DNA of 64,000 bases from an uncultured Bacteroidales bacterium (GTDB lineage: Bacteria; Bacteroidota; Bacteroidia; Bacteroidales; VadinHA17): assembly GCA_963789465.1 (NCBI GenBank), contig CAWBLL010000016.1:135544-199543 (forward strand), in the 5' to 3' direction. This document shows positions 49,917-58,357 of this stretch, one piece after another; positions within the stretch are counted from its first letter, which is position 1, and each line of letters starts with the position of its first letter. A program made the translations under genes and the position numbers. The notes beneath the pieces are model-generated. The model searched no databases. It was not told where the DNA came from and worked only from the letters and a program-made list of their open reading frames with translations.

Positions 49917-52751
49917 CAACCCACCCCTGACCCCTCCCAGGAGGGGAACCCTAAAGATGATAATCCGGCTAAAATGAATAAACCCACCCCTGACCACTCC
50001 AAGGAGGGGAACCCCAAAGATGATAATCCGGCTAAAATGATTAAACCCACCCCTGACCACTCCCAGGAGGGGAACCCTGAAGAAGGTAATCCGGCTAAAA
50101 TGATTAAACCCACCCCTGACCACTCCCAGAAGGGGAACCCTAAAGAAGATAATCCGGCTAAAATGATTAAACCCACCCCTGACCACTCCCAGGAGGGGAA
50201 CTCTAAAGAAGATAATCCGGTTAAAATGATTAAACCCACCCCTGACCACTCCCAGGAGGGGAACCCTAAAGAAGATAATCCGGCTAAAATGATTAAACCC
50301 ACCCCTGACCACTCCCAGGAGGGGAACCCTAAAGAAGATAATCCGGCTAAAATGATTAAACCCACCCCTGACCACTCCCAGAAGGGGAACCCTGAAGAAG
50401 GTAATCCGGCTAAAATGATTAAACCCACCCCTGACCACTCCCAGAAGGGGAACCCTAAAGATGATAATCCGGCTAAAATGATTAAACCCACCCCTGACCC
50501 CTCCCAGGAGGGGAACCCTAAAGAAGATAATCCGGCTAAAATGAATAAACCCACCCCTGACCACTCCCAGGAGGGGAACCCTAAAGAAGATAATCCGGCT
50601 AAAATGATTAAACCCACCCCTGACCACTCCCAGAAGGGGAACCCTAAAGAAGATAATCCGGCTAAAATGATTAAACCCACCCCTGACCACTCCCAGGAGG
50701 GGAACCCTGAAGAAGATAATCCGGCTAAAATGATTAAACCCACCCCTGACCACTCCCAGGAGGGGAACCCTAAAGAAGATAATCCGGCTAAAATGAATAA
50801 ACCCACCCCTGACCACTCCCAGGAGGGGAACCCTAAAGAAGATAATCTGTCGAAAATGAATAAACCAACAACTGCCCCATCCCAGGGAGACCACAGGGGA
50901 TATAAATATGTTTCTCCGACTATCATGGTCGGCAACGTCGCTCTTGGCGCTACCCACCCCATCCGTATCCAGTCGATGACAAATACAGACACTCTCGATA
51001 CTGATGCTTCTGTTGCCCAATGCATAAGAATCATTGAGGCAGGAGCTGATTTTGTGAGGCTTACAGCCCAGGGAGTCAGGGAGGCCGAGAACCTTGCCGC
51101 AATAAAGAAGGAACTGAGGAAAGCAGGATTCGACAATCCTCTGATTGCCGATATACATTTCAATCCAATGGCAGCTGAGACGGCTGCCCGGATCGTGGAA
51201 AAAGTAAGGATCAATCCGGGTAACTATGCCGATAAAAGAGCGACTTTCATAAACACTGACCTTACAGATGAGCAGTATAATGAAGAGCTTGAAAGAATAC
51301 ATGAAAAACTTCTGCCCCTGATAAATATCTGCAGGGAAAATAAAACTGTAATACGTATTGGAATAAACCATGGATCATTATCCGACCGTATAATGACCCG
51401 TTACGGAAATACCCCTTCGGGAATGGTTGTTTCCGCAATGGAATTCATAAAGATCTTCAGGAGCGAAAATTTTAATGATCTCGTGCTGTCGATGAAATCC
51501 TCAGATACCTCGGTCATGATAGAAGCGACCAGGCTTCTTGTTGGTGAATTGCAGGAAAGCGGATTGTCATATCCGCTTCATCTGGGTGTTACCGAAGCCG
51601 GGGAAGGAGAAGACGGAAGGATCCGCTCAGCAGCAGGGATAGGAGCCCTTCTTGCAGAAGGTATCGGCGATACGATCAGGATCTCCCTGTCGGAAGATCC
51701 GGAGTTTGAAATTCCGGTTGCAAAAAAACTAGCTGGCTATTATCCCAGGGATATAGCTGGCACAAACCAGGCAGGACCAATAGTTTATAAAACACCTGCA
51801 ATAAAACCGGATATCCTCAGGAGCGTTTCCGGTCCACTTGTAGTAATGAATATGACTTCCTATCCGGATTTTGACATAAAGGGCTACAGGGATGCCGGCT
51901 TCAATATAAATGAAAATTCAGGTGAGATCAAAAAAACTGACAGCTCGGCTGATTTCATTATCACCAGGGATGTACCCCGGATCTTGCCCGATGACGTTTC
52001 GATCATCCTTCCATTTAAAAAATGGTATGACCAGAAGGAAAATGAAAAGCTGTTTCCATTGTTCTCCCCTGAAACTTACCATGATGCTGCATTCAGGTCC
52101 CCCAAACTGAATTTTCTGCTTACCGGGTCACACTTTGACATCAGGTATCTCATGAAACCTGATCCTATGATAACGGTCATTGTATTTACCTTCAATCCCG
52201 ACACTGAAAAATATGCCCCTGACAAGTTTCTCAAAACCCTCGAAGAAAATAATCTTAACCACAATGTTCTCCTGAATCCGGTATTCCATGAAGCGGATTC
52301 CGACGATCTGAGGATAAAAGCGGCCGCACTTCTTGGCCGGTTCGTAATTGACAAAAGAGTAGCAGGGATATGTCTCCATAATATAGGCGAGATCAGCATG
52401 AAGGATGTAACGGCTATTTCATTTTCCATTCTCCAGTGCACAGAGACACGGATAACCAGAACATTGTATTTGTCGTGCCCAACATGCGGCCGCACAAAAT
52501 TCAATCTCCCGGAATCAGTCAGAAAAGTAAAGGAAGCTACAAGTCACCTCAAGGGTTTGAAAATTGCAGTTATGGGATGTATCGTTAACGGACCCGGCGA
52601 GATGGCAGGATCGGATTACGGATATGTAGGTGCTGCAGATGGCAAGGTACATATTTATCGCGGTACTGTTCCTGTACTGAAGAATATTCCGGAAAGTGAT
52701 GCGGCAGGTGAGTTGCTGAAGCTTATTGAACGGGACCTCTCAGGAAGCTGA
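49557..52751 (+). CDS. ispG: single open frame joining a DUF559 endonuclease-like domain, fifteen 21-aa repeats and IspG (HMBPP synthase)
   Basis: The 1064-aa ORF has no stop between its parts. N-terminus: LRRNMTLSEVLLWKELRN...FDRQRPIGNFIVDFYC...AIEIDGDTH...FLRFEDIEV (DUF559 pattern). Then the KPTPDHSQEGNPKEDNPAKMI repeats. Then PIRIQSMTNTDT...IADIHFNP...INPGN...CPTCGRT...GCIVNGPGE (IspG). Confidence 0.7.
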   Translation: MKRKIIPYNPHLKDLAKELRRNMTLSEVLLWKELRNKNMLGYDFDRQRPIGNFIVDFYCKDLALAIEIDGDTHIYRYDYDEERQEVLEKSGVNFLRFEDIEVKKNMINVLRVIADWIEKNQPTPDPSQEGNPKDDNPAKMNKPTPDHSKEGNPKDDNPAKMIKPTPDHSQEGNPEEGNPAKMIKPTPDHSQKGNPKEDNPAKMIKPTPDHSQEGNSKEDNPVKMIKPTPDHSQEGNPKEDNPAKMIKPTPDHSQEGNPKEDNPAKMIKPTPDHSQKGNPEEGNPAKMIKPTPDHSQKGNPKDDNPAKMIKPTPDPSQEGNPKEDNPAKMNKPTPDHSQEGNPKEDNPAKMIKPTPDHSQKGNPKEDNPAKMIKPTPDHSQEGNPEEDNPAKMIKPTPDHSQEGNPKEDNPAKMNKPTPDHSQEGNPKEDNLSKMNKPTTAPSQGDHRGYKYVSPTIMVGNVALGATHPIRIQSMTNTDTLDTDASVAQCIRIIEAGADFVRLTAQGVREAENLAAIKKELRKAGFDNPLIADIHFNPMAAETAARIVEKVRINPGNYADKRATFINTDLTDEQYNEELERIHEKLLPLINICRENKTVIRIGINHGSLSDRIMTRYGNTPSGMVVSAMEFIKIFRSENFNDLVLSMKSSDTSVMIEATRLLVGELQESGLSYPLHLGVTEAGEGEDGRIRSAAGIGALLAEGIGDTIRISLSEDPEFEIPVAKKLAGYYPRDIAGTNQAGPIVYKTPAIKPDILRSVSGPLVVMNMTSYPDFDIKGYRDAGFNINENSGEIKKTDSSADFIITRDVPRILPDDVSIILPFKKWYDQKENEKLFPLFSPETYHDAAFRSPKLNFLLTGSHFDIRYLMKPDPMITVIVFTFNPDTEKYAPDKFLKTLEENNLNHNVLLNPVFHEADSDDLRIKAAALLGRFVIDKRVAGICLHNIGEISMKDVTAISFSILQCTETRITRTLYLSCPTCGRTKFNLPESVRKVKEATSHLKGLKIAVMGCIVNGPGEMAGSDYGYVGAADGKVHIYRGTVPVLKNIPESDAAGELLKLIERDLSGS
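49917..50861 (+). repeat. 63-bp tandem repeat, 15 full units plus a degenerate 16th
   Basis: The unit is AAACCCACCCCTGACCACTCCCAGGAGGGGAACCCTAAAGAAGATAATCCGGCTAAAATGATT. 15 x 63 = 945 nt, counted unit by unit in the translation. Variants (H/P, E/K, D/E/G, I/N) are shuffled among the units. Confidence 0.95.
50856..52751 (+). CDS. ispG: IspG core from the last in-frame ATG of the repeat tract (candidate native start)
   Basis: MNKPTTAPSQGDHRGYKYVSPTIMVGNVALGATHPIRIQSMTN.... The distance from this Met to PIRIQSMT matches the usual IspG N-terminus. This is an alternative reading of the previous CDS. Confidence 0.5.
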   Translation: MNKPTTAPSQGDHRGYKYVSPTIMVGNVALGATHPIRIQSMTNTDTLDTDASVAQCIRIIEAGADFVRLTAQGVREAENLAAIKKELRKAGFDNPLIADIHFNPMAAETAARIVEKVRINPGNYADKRATFINTDLTDEQYNEELERIHEKLLPLINICRENKTVIRIGINHGSLSDRIMTRYGNTPSGMVVSAMEFIKIFRSENFNDLVLSMKSSDTSVMIEATRLLVGELQESGLSYPLHLGVTEAGEGEDGRIRSAAGIGALLAEGIGDTIRISLSEDPEFEIPVAKKLAGYYPRDIAGTNQAGPIVYKTPAIKPDILRSVSGPLVVMNMTSYPDFDIKGYRDAGFNINENSGEIKKTDSSADFIITRDVPRILPDDVSIILPFKKWYDQKENEKLFPLFSPETYHDAAFRSPKLNFLLTGSHFDIRYLMKPDPMITVIVFTFNPDTEKYAPDKFLKTLEENNLNHNVLLNPVFHEADSDDLRIKAAALLGRFVIDKRVAGICLHNIGEISMKDVTAISFSILQCTETRITRTLYLSCPTCGRTKFNLPESVRKVKEATSHLKGLKIAVMGCIVNGPGEMAGSDYGYVGAADGKVHIYRGTVPVLKNIPESDAAGELLKLIERDLSGS

Positions 52752-54884
52752 TCCATTCACCAGTCGGAAATCCAGCTGCTTCTTCTGCAGATCGGCCTTT
52801 ACGACCTCTATATTTACTCGGTCGCCCAGGGTATAAACTTTCCCCGTGGAACGGCCCTTAATGCAATAATTCTCCTCATCATATTCATAGAAATCATCTG
52901 CGAGTTCCCTGATATGAATCATCCCCTCGCACTGATTCTCAATTATCTCAACATAAATGCCCCATTCGGTAACTCCGGAGATAACTCCCTCAAATTCCAT
53001 TCCGGTTTTATCGCTCATATATTCAACCTGCTTGTATTTTACAGATGCTCTTTCTGCTTCGGAAGCAAGTCTCTCCATCTTTGAGGAATGCTGGCATAAT
53101 TTCTCGTACTTATCCTGCGATCCGGGGTTTTCGCTGGCAAGATAGGCCGACAACAGCCTGTGCACCATCATATCCGGATAACGGCGAATTGGAGAGGTGA
53201 AATGGGTATAAAACTTGAAAGCCAATCCGTAATGCCCTATGTTTTCAGTTGAATATATGGCTTTTGCCATGGAACGAAGCGCAAGGTTCTCAATAATATT
53301 CTGCTCCTTTTTCCCTGCTACTGATGTCAGCAATTTATTCATTGCCTTTGGAAGTGACGACTTTTCACCATCACCAAGCTTATAGCCGAAGCGGGTAATG
53401 AAATGGCTGAAATTACTAAGTTTCTCCGGATCCGGCTTATCATGAATACGGTATACAAATGTTTTGCCTTTCAGCTTTTTGCCGACATATTCAGCGACAT
53501 GCCTGTTTGCAAGAAGCATGAATTCCTCAACCAGCTGATTGGCAGTTCCCATATCACGGAATTTAATCCCCACGGGCTTCCCGTTCTCATCAAGATCAAA
53601 CCTGATCTCAATCTTTTCAAAGGCAAAGGCTCCGGCGGCAAATCGCTTTGTCCTGAGCTGCTGGGCAAGCCTGTGAAGGACGAGAACCTCATCCTTCATG
53701 TCGCCGTCACCAGTATCTATAACCAGTTGTGCCTCAGCATATGAAAACCTTCTGTCTGAGTTAATTATTGTCCTCCCAAACCACTCATTCACCACCTCTG
53801 ATTTGTCATTCAATTCAAAAACAGCTGAATAGGTAAGCTTGTCTTCAGAAGGATTCAAAGAGCAGATATGATTTGAAAGTCTTTCGGGCAACATTGGCAC
53901 AACCCTGTCTACAAGATATACGGAAGTAGCCCTCTGTTTGGCTTCTTCCTCAACAAGTGAGGCTTCCTTTACATAGTAAGTCACATCTGCAATATGCACA
54001 CCGACTTCCCGGTTCCCGTTATCAAGTTGACGCAATGAAAGTGCATCATCAAAATCCTTTGCATCAGCAGGATCGATGGTAAAAGTCGGTATCTGTCTGA
54101 AATCGCGTCGCGATTTTATCTCATTTTCGCTTATCTCCCCTTTTATCTGTTCAGCATCGTGTTCAACTTCCTCTGTAAAACTGTACGGAAGCTCGAATTC
54201 TGCCAGGATAGCATGCATCTCTGTCTCATGAAGTCCCGGATATCCCAGAACATTAATGATCTCAGCCACAGGATTTTTTGATTTTGAATCCCAGTCGACA
54301 ACCCTGGCGACAGCTTTTTGTCCCTGAAGTGCACCATTGAGTTTTGAACTTGGAATAAAAAGATCGAAGGGCATGTTTTTATTATCCGGGATGAGAAATG
54401 CAAAGTTTGGCATAACCTCAACTGTTCCGACAAAGGATGTCCTCCATCTCTCAATAATTTCCACAACCTCTCCCTCAGGTCTGGATCCTTTACGCCTGGC
54501 ATACAGCCTTACCTTTACTTTATCACCATGAAGGGCTGTTTTAAGGTTATTGGCTGCTACAAAAACATCATCCTCAAGATCCTCGGTTTTGATGTATCCG
54601 GAACCCATCCTGGTCATATCTACCGTACCTGTTATAAAACCCTTGCCAGTCTTGATCTTGTATTTTCCGGGATAGACCTCCGTAATACTGCCCTTTTCTG
54701 CATTTTCAGCCAGAATTTCTGAAACCATCTGCCTCATGGAAGGATCGGTAATATTCAGTCGTTTGGCTATTTGCTTGTAGTTTACTCCCTGTTCGGGATA
54801 TTTAGATAAGGCAGAAAGTATCTGGTCCGTAAGAACTTCTCTTGAAACACTATAACTTTTACCACCTCTTCCCTTTTTACTCAT
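52740..54884 (-). CDS. rnr: ribonuclease R
   Basis: 714 aa. N-terminal HTH-like region, RNB domain (IDPADAKDFDDALS, YLVDRVVPMLP) and a C-terminal S1 domain. Confidence 0.9.
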   Translation of the reverse strand: MSKKGRGGKSYSVSREVLTDQILSALSKYPEQGVNYKQIAKRLNITDPSMRQMVSEILAENAEKGSITEVYPGKYKIKTGKGFITGTVDMTRMGSGYIKTEDLEDDVFVAANNLKTALHGDKVKVRLYARRKGSRPEGEVVEIIERWRTSFVGTVEVMPNFAFLIPDNKNMPFDLFIPSSKLNGALQGQKAVARVVDWDSKSKNPVAEIINVLGYPGLHETEMHAILAEFELPYSFTEEVEHDAEQIKGEISENEIKSRRDFRQIPTFTIDPADAKDFDDALSLRQLDNGNREVGVHIADVTYYVKEASLVEEEAKQRATSVYLVDRVVPMLPERLSNHICSLNPSEDKLTYSAVFELNDKSEVVNEWFGRTIINSDRRFSYAEAQLVIDTGDGDMKDEVLVLHRLAQQLRTKRFAAGAFAFEKIEIRFDLDENGKPVGIKFRDMGTANQLVEEFMLLANRHVAEYVGKKLKGKTFVYRIHDKPDPEKLSNFSHFITRFGYKLGDGEKSSLPKAMNKLLTSVAGKKEQNIIENLALRSMAKAIYSTENIGHYGLAFKFYTHFTSPIRRYPDMMVHRLLSAYLASENPGSQDKYEKLCQHSSKMERLASEAERASVKYKQVEYMSDKTGMEFEGVISGVTEWGIYVEIIENQCEGMIHIRELADDFYEYDEENYCIKGRSTGKVYTLGDRVNIEVVKADLQKKQLDFRLVNGSAS

Positions 54885-55149
54885 AATTCAGTTTTTGCGA
54901 AGGTACAAAAAGGAATTATAAAATTGAATTGATTTATATATGTAGATATACAAGTACTTATAATATTTGAGATAACAGAGATTTATTGCTCTGAAAGGAA
55001 AAATCCTGCTGACAATAAATCTTTGATCAGAAATAAGCGGGCTGCCTTATTTAATCTTCGTAATTTTAATATATAAAATATAAACCTATATAATTCCCCG
55101 GTCATAGAGTGCCGAACCAATAGATCTCGTATGATCAAAGATTTCCAGA

Positions 55150-56517
55150 ATGAAGAGACTGATTTGTTATCTCGCTGTTTATATCTTTTTCTCCTGCTCC
55201 CTGTTACTGGCTCAGACATTTAGTGCCAGGGAGTACTGGAAAATGGAGAATGATTCCTCCTATTCTGTTCTGCTTCAGCATCAGAAAGCCGGAGTTTCCA
55301 TGTCACAACAGGAACAGAATTACCTGAATGATTACCAGGCCAGGCTCAGTGAATATTTTGCAAATATGCCGGATGAAGAAAAGGCGACATATTACAAAAA
55401 CCGGACGATGTGGTCGTCGCAACCGGGTACCGTTTATAATACTCCCCAAAGTCAGGAAGAAAACGTCTTTGCCGGGGAAAGAAGCAAGTATACGCAATAC
55501 ATGTTTTCCTCAGGATTCTTTGGATTTCTATATGGAGCCAGTGCCGCTTATATAATCGGTATCGATAATTCAGGTGCCATTTCCCTCCCCTTACTTACAG
55601 CCGGTGCTTCGACCCTGATCCCGATGCTCTCACTTAAGGATAAAAATATAACCTACAATTCACTCGCACTGGCAAATCACGGAAAGGCTGTGGGCGGCCT
55701 TCAGGGTGTTGCATCAGGATTTCTGATTACAGGTGATAATGCCGGAGATGGGAAATTTATACTGGGAATGGCAACCTTATCGAGTATAGGTCTTGGCAGG
55801 TTAGGGTATGTTCTCGGGCGTGATAAACCATGGTCAGAGGGAAGGGTCGCCCTATATACACATTACGGTTTGCTCATGCCTTTGGAAGGATTGGCAATAG
55901 ATGTTGCATTCGATGCAAGTAACACAAGAGTTCTGGCTGCTACATCACTGGTATTCGGAGCAGGAGGATATATTATTGCGGACCGTGTAGCAGACTGGAA
56001 TGATTTTACAAGAGGGGATGTCACTGCAACCTCAACACTTTCAACGATGAACGGATTATTAGGATTATTTATTTTGGTAGACTTAGCTGACAGATCAGAT
56101 TTGCCTTCTGCCAATATATTAATTCCTGCTGCAGGCGCTCTTGGGGGAACAATTGCAGGACATTTTTGGCTTAAAAATGCCAGGCTGACAAGCCAGCAGG
56201 GACGAAATACCGCTTTAGGCTCTTTTGGCGGTACTCTGGTTGGCCTCGGGCTGACTGCAATAGTAAGTCCCGAAACTGTTACACCATACTATATTGTGGG
56301 CTATGCAACAGGAATGGCAACCTTTGCAATATTGGTCAATCAATACAAACAAACCAATGGTATCGCTTCAAAAGATGATGGGAAGACAAATCGCTGGAAC
56401 GTAAATCTTATGCCACAAAATCTACTGATCAACAGAAAAATAGCAACTCTTGTAAATGCCAATCCTGGGAAACGCATAAATTTTCTGCCGGCTTTTTCTG
56501 CAACTCTGAATTTCTGA
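55150..56517 (+). CDS. hypothetical polytopic membrane protein
   Basis: 455 aa. Signal peptide, a ~100-aa soluble segment, then many Gly/Ala-rich TM helices. No family recognised. Confidence 0.55.
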   Translation: MKRLICYLAVYIFFSCSLLLAQTFSAREYWKMENDSSYSVLLQHQKAGVSMSQQEQNYLNDYQARLSEYFANMPDEEKATYYKNRTMWSSQPGTVYNTPQSQEENVFAGERSKYTQYMFSSGFFGFLYGASAAYIIGIDNSGAISLPLLTAGASTLIPMLSLKDKNITYNSLALANHGKAVGGLQGVASGFLITGDNAGDGKFILGMATLSSIGLGRLGYVLGRDKPWSEGRVALYTHYGLLMPLEGLAIDVAFDASNTRVLAATSLVFGAGGYIIADRVADWNDFTRGDVTATSTLSTMNGLLGLFILVDLADRSDLPSANILIPAAGALGGTIAGHFWLKNARLTSQQGRNTALGSFGGTLVGLGLTAIVSPETVTPYYIVGYATGMATFAILVNQYKQTNGIASKDDGKTNRWNVNLMPQNLLINRKIATLVNANPGKRINFLPAFSATLNF

Positions 56518-56665
56518 CATCAGTCTTCAGGCTTATCTGATTATTACCTTAATTGCCCTGATAAAAAATCTGGCATCAGACCGGTTCTTCATCCGGAATC
56601 GCATTCTATCATTCGATTTAACTCATTTTATGTCAGGGCTTAACAAACAAACAATAAAATTTTAA

Positions 56666-56673
56666 TACTTTTG
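56666..56673 (+). promoter_or_regulatory. candidate -7 promoter element (TAnnTTTG) for the PqqD cluster
   Basis: TACTTTTG lies 10 nt before the TTG at 56684 and 19 nt before the ATG at 56693. Confidence 0.4.
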
Positions 56674-56683
56674 AGGTTACAAT

Positions 56684-56980
56684 TTGAAATTCATGACCGG
56701 GTTGAAATCAGTACTTACACGTTCGCAATCAGTTGTTACCACCAAAACAGGTAATGAATATGTGCTTGTTCCCATTGCAAACAACATTGCCGATATGAAC
56801 AGTATGTACACTCTTAATGAGACAGGGGCTTTCATCTGGGAACATATTGACGGTAAAAAGGATGTTCAGGATATTATCAGTGAAATGATTTCAGAGTATG
56901 AAGTTGATTATGACACTGCATCAAATGATGTTTTCTCATTTATAGATGACATGAGGAAATATCTGGTAATTGATGAATAA
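56684..56980 (+). CDS. PqqD-family protein (RiPP recognition element-like)
   Basis: 98 aa (start TTG at 56684 or ATG at 56693). LNETGAFIWEHIDGKKDVQDIISEMISEYEVDYDTASNDVFSFIDDM is a typical PqqD pattern. Confidence 0.8.
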   Translation: MKFMTGLKSVLTRSQSVVTTKTGNEYVLVPIANNIADMNSMYTLNETGAFIWEHIDGKKDVQDIISEMISEYEVDYDTASNDVFSFIDDMRKYLVIDE

Positions 56981-57026
56981 TAAATGGATTGTTTAAAATA
57001 TTTTTTATTGCGGATATTTCTGAAAA

Positions 57027-57926
57027 ATGAGAAACTTTATTTTGAAAATAGCAGGTTACAGCATAGGTTTTGAGGCATCTGCCGGCGGACCTGACCTTGC
57101 CGTTGCTCCAAAATTTCTCAGAAATATCAGTCATAATTCACACTTTGATGTCCTTATAAAAGTCCATTCCGGACCTTATATCCTGCCCCCGGATGCCGAA
57201 CGGGTTTTCCATGCCCCATTTGTGGAGGAGAGATATGGGATCCTTATCCATAATAATCCCGATTTCTGGAGTGTATGGAAGCATAATTCCCTCCTCTTCA
57301 TAAAAACTATTTTTCCTCTTTCGGAATATCCCAAAAATGCAGTACTCAGATTTTCCGTCTCGGAAAAGGTATGGGACCTTTGGATGGAAACTGATAAACC
57401 CGAGACAGATCCTATTGAGTATCCTCTTGATGGCCTGATACTTTACTATCTCACTGTTATCAACAATGATATAATGATACATGCTTCCGGCGTAAATTAT
57501 AACGGAAAGGGATACCTCTTCAGCGGAGTCTCCGGGAAAGGAAAATCGACAATGGCCAGGCTCTGGGCAGACCACCAGGCCATCGTAATTCATGATGACA
57601 GACTCATAATCAGAAAATCAGGATATGGGTATATAATGTATAACACCCCCATTTATAATACTGATCAGCCTCTCAACTCAGAGCTCAGCAGGATCTTCAT
57701 TATTGAACATGGAAATGAAAACAGGCTGATCCGGCTTAAAGGGGCCTCTGCTGTCAGCCATGTGATGGCGAATTGTATTCAGCATACATGGGGACCTGCA
57801 ATAGTTTCAGTGCTGCTGGAATCCGTATCTGAAATGTGCAACTTAATTCCCGTTTACAGGCTTCTCTTCATGCCGGAAAAAAGTGTAATTGATAATATAC
57901 TAAAGTTAGATGAGCAATCCGGATAA
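57027..57926 (+). CDS. HPr-kinase-like (HprK C-terminal domain-like) P-loop protein
   Basis: 299 aa. MIHASGVNYNGKGYLFSGVSGKGKSTMA resembles the HprK P-loop context. Confidence 0.65.
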   Translation: MRNFILKIAGYSIGFEASAGGPDLAVAPKFLRNISHNSHFDVLIKVHSGPYILPPDAERVFHAPFVEERYGILIHNNPDFWSVWKHNSLLFIKTIFPLSEYPKNAVLRFSVSEKVWDLWMETDKPETDPIEYPLDGLILYYLTVINNDIMIHASGVNYNGKGYLFSGVSGKGKSTMARLWADHQAIVIHDDRLIIRKSGYGYIMYNTPIYNTDQPLNSELSRIFIIEHGNENRLIRLKGASAVSHVMANCIQHTWGPAIVSVLLESVSEMCNLIPVYRLLFMPEKSVIDNILKLDEQSG

Positions 57927-58357
57927 AAGGAAGATAGTTAAAGATACAGGACTGACTCTTCTCTCAGAAGGTAAAACGATCCGTATAAAAGCTCACGGCT
58001 ACAGCATGTATCCATGCATTAAACCAGGCTCCCTGGTACTTATTGAACCAATTAACCTGAAAGGGCCTCCGGTTCCGGGAGAGATCATCGCGATATCAAG
58101 AAAAGACGGCATGATAATCCATCGTCTTGAGAAAATACTTACAACAGGTAAGTGCCAAAAAGTACATTGCAAGAGGCGACAGCAACGCATTTGCAGACCC
58201 TCCCGTTACACTTGACAAGATTGCAGGAAGGATTGCAGGCGCTGAGACAACAGGAGAAAACCCTCTTCCGGCTGACATCAGGATCAATACAAGACCTTTC
58301 CATTTTATAAACAGACTAAGAGTTATCGGCTTGCACTTATGGAAGAAATTAAAGTAA
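57910..58357 (+). pseudogene. S24/S26-family peptidase, interrupted by an apparent 1-nt insertion in an A5 run (58157-58161)
   Basis: Fragment 1 has AHGYSMYPCIKPGSLVLIEP (Ser nucleophile motif). The +1 frame continues KYIARGDSNAFADPPVTLDKIAGRIAG (GDN-type motif). The span is 448 nt (3n+1). Confidence 0.7.

Noticed and set aside
49884-51371. Minus-strand ORFs of 495 aa and 432 aa across the 63-bp repeat.
   Set aside because: A stop-free 63-bp unit is automatically open through all copies. The translations are monotonous (GVVRGGFNHFSRIIFFRVPLL...) and run antisense into ispG.
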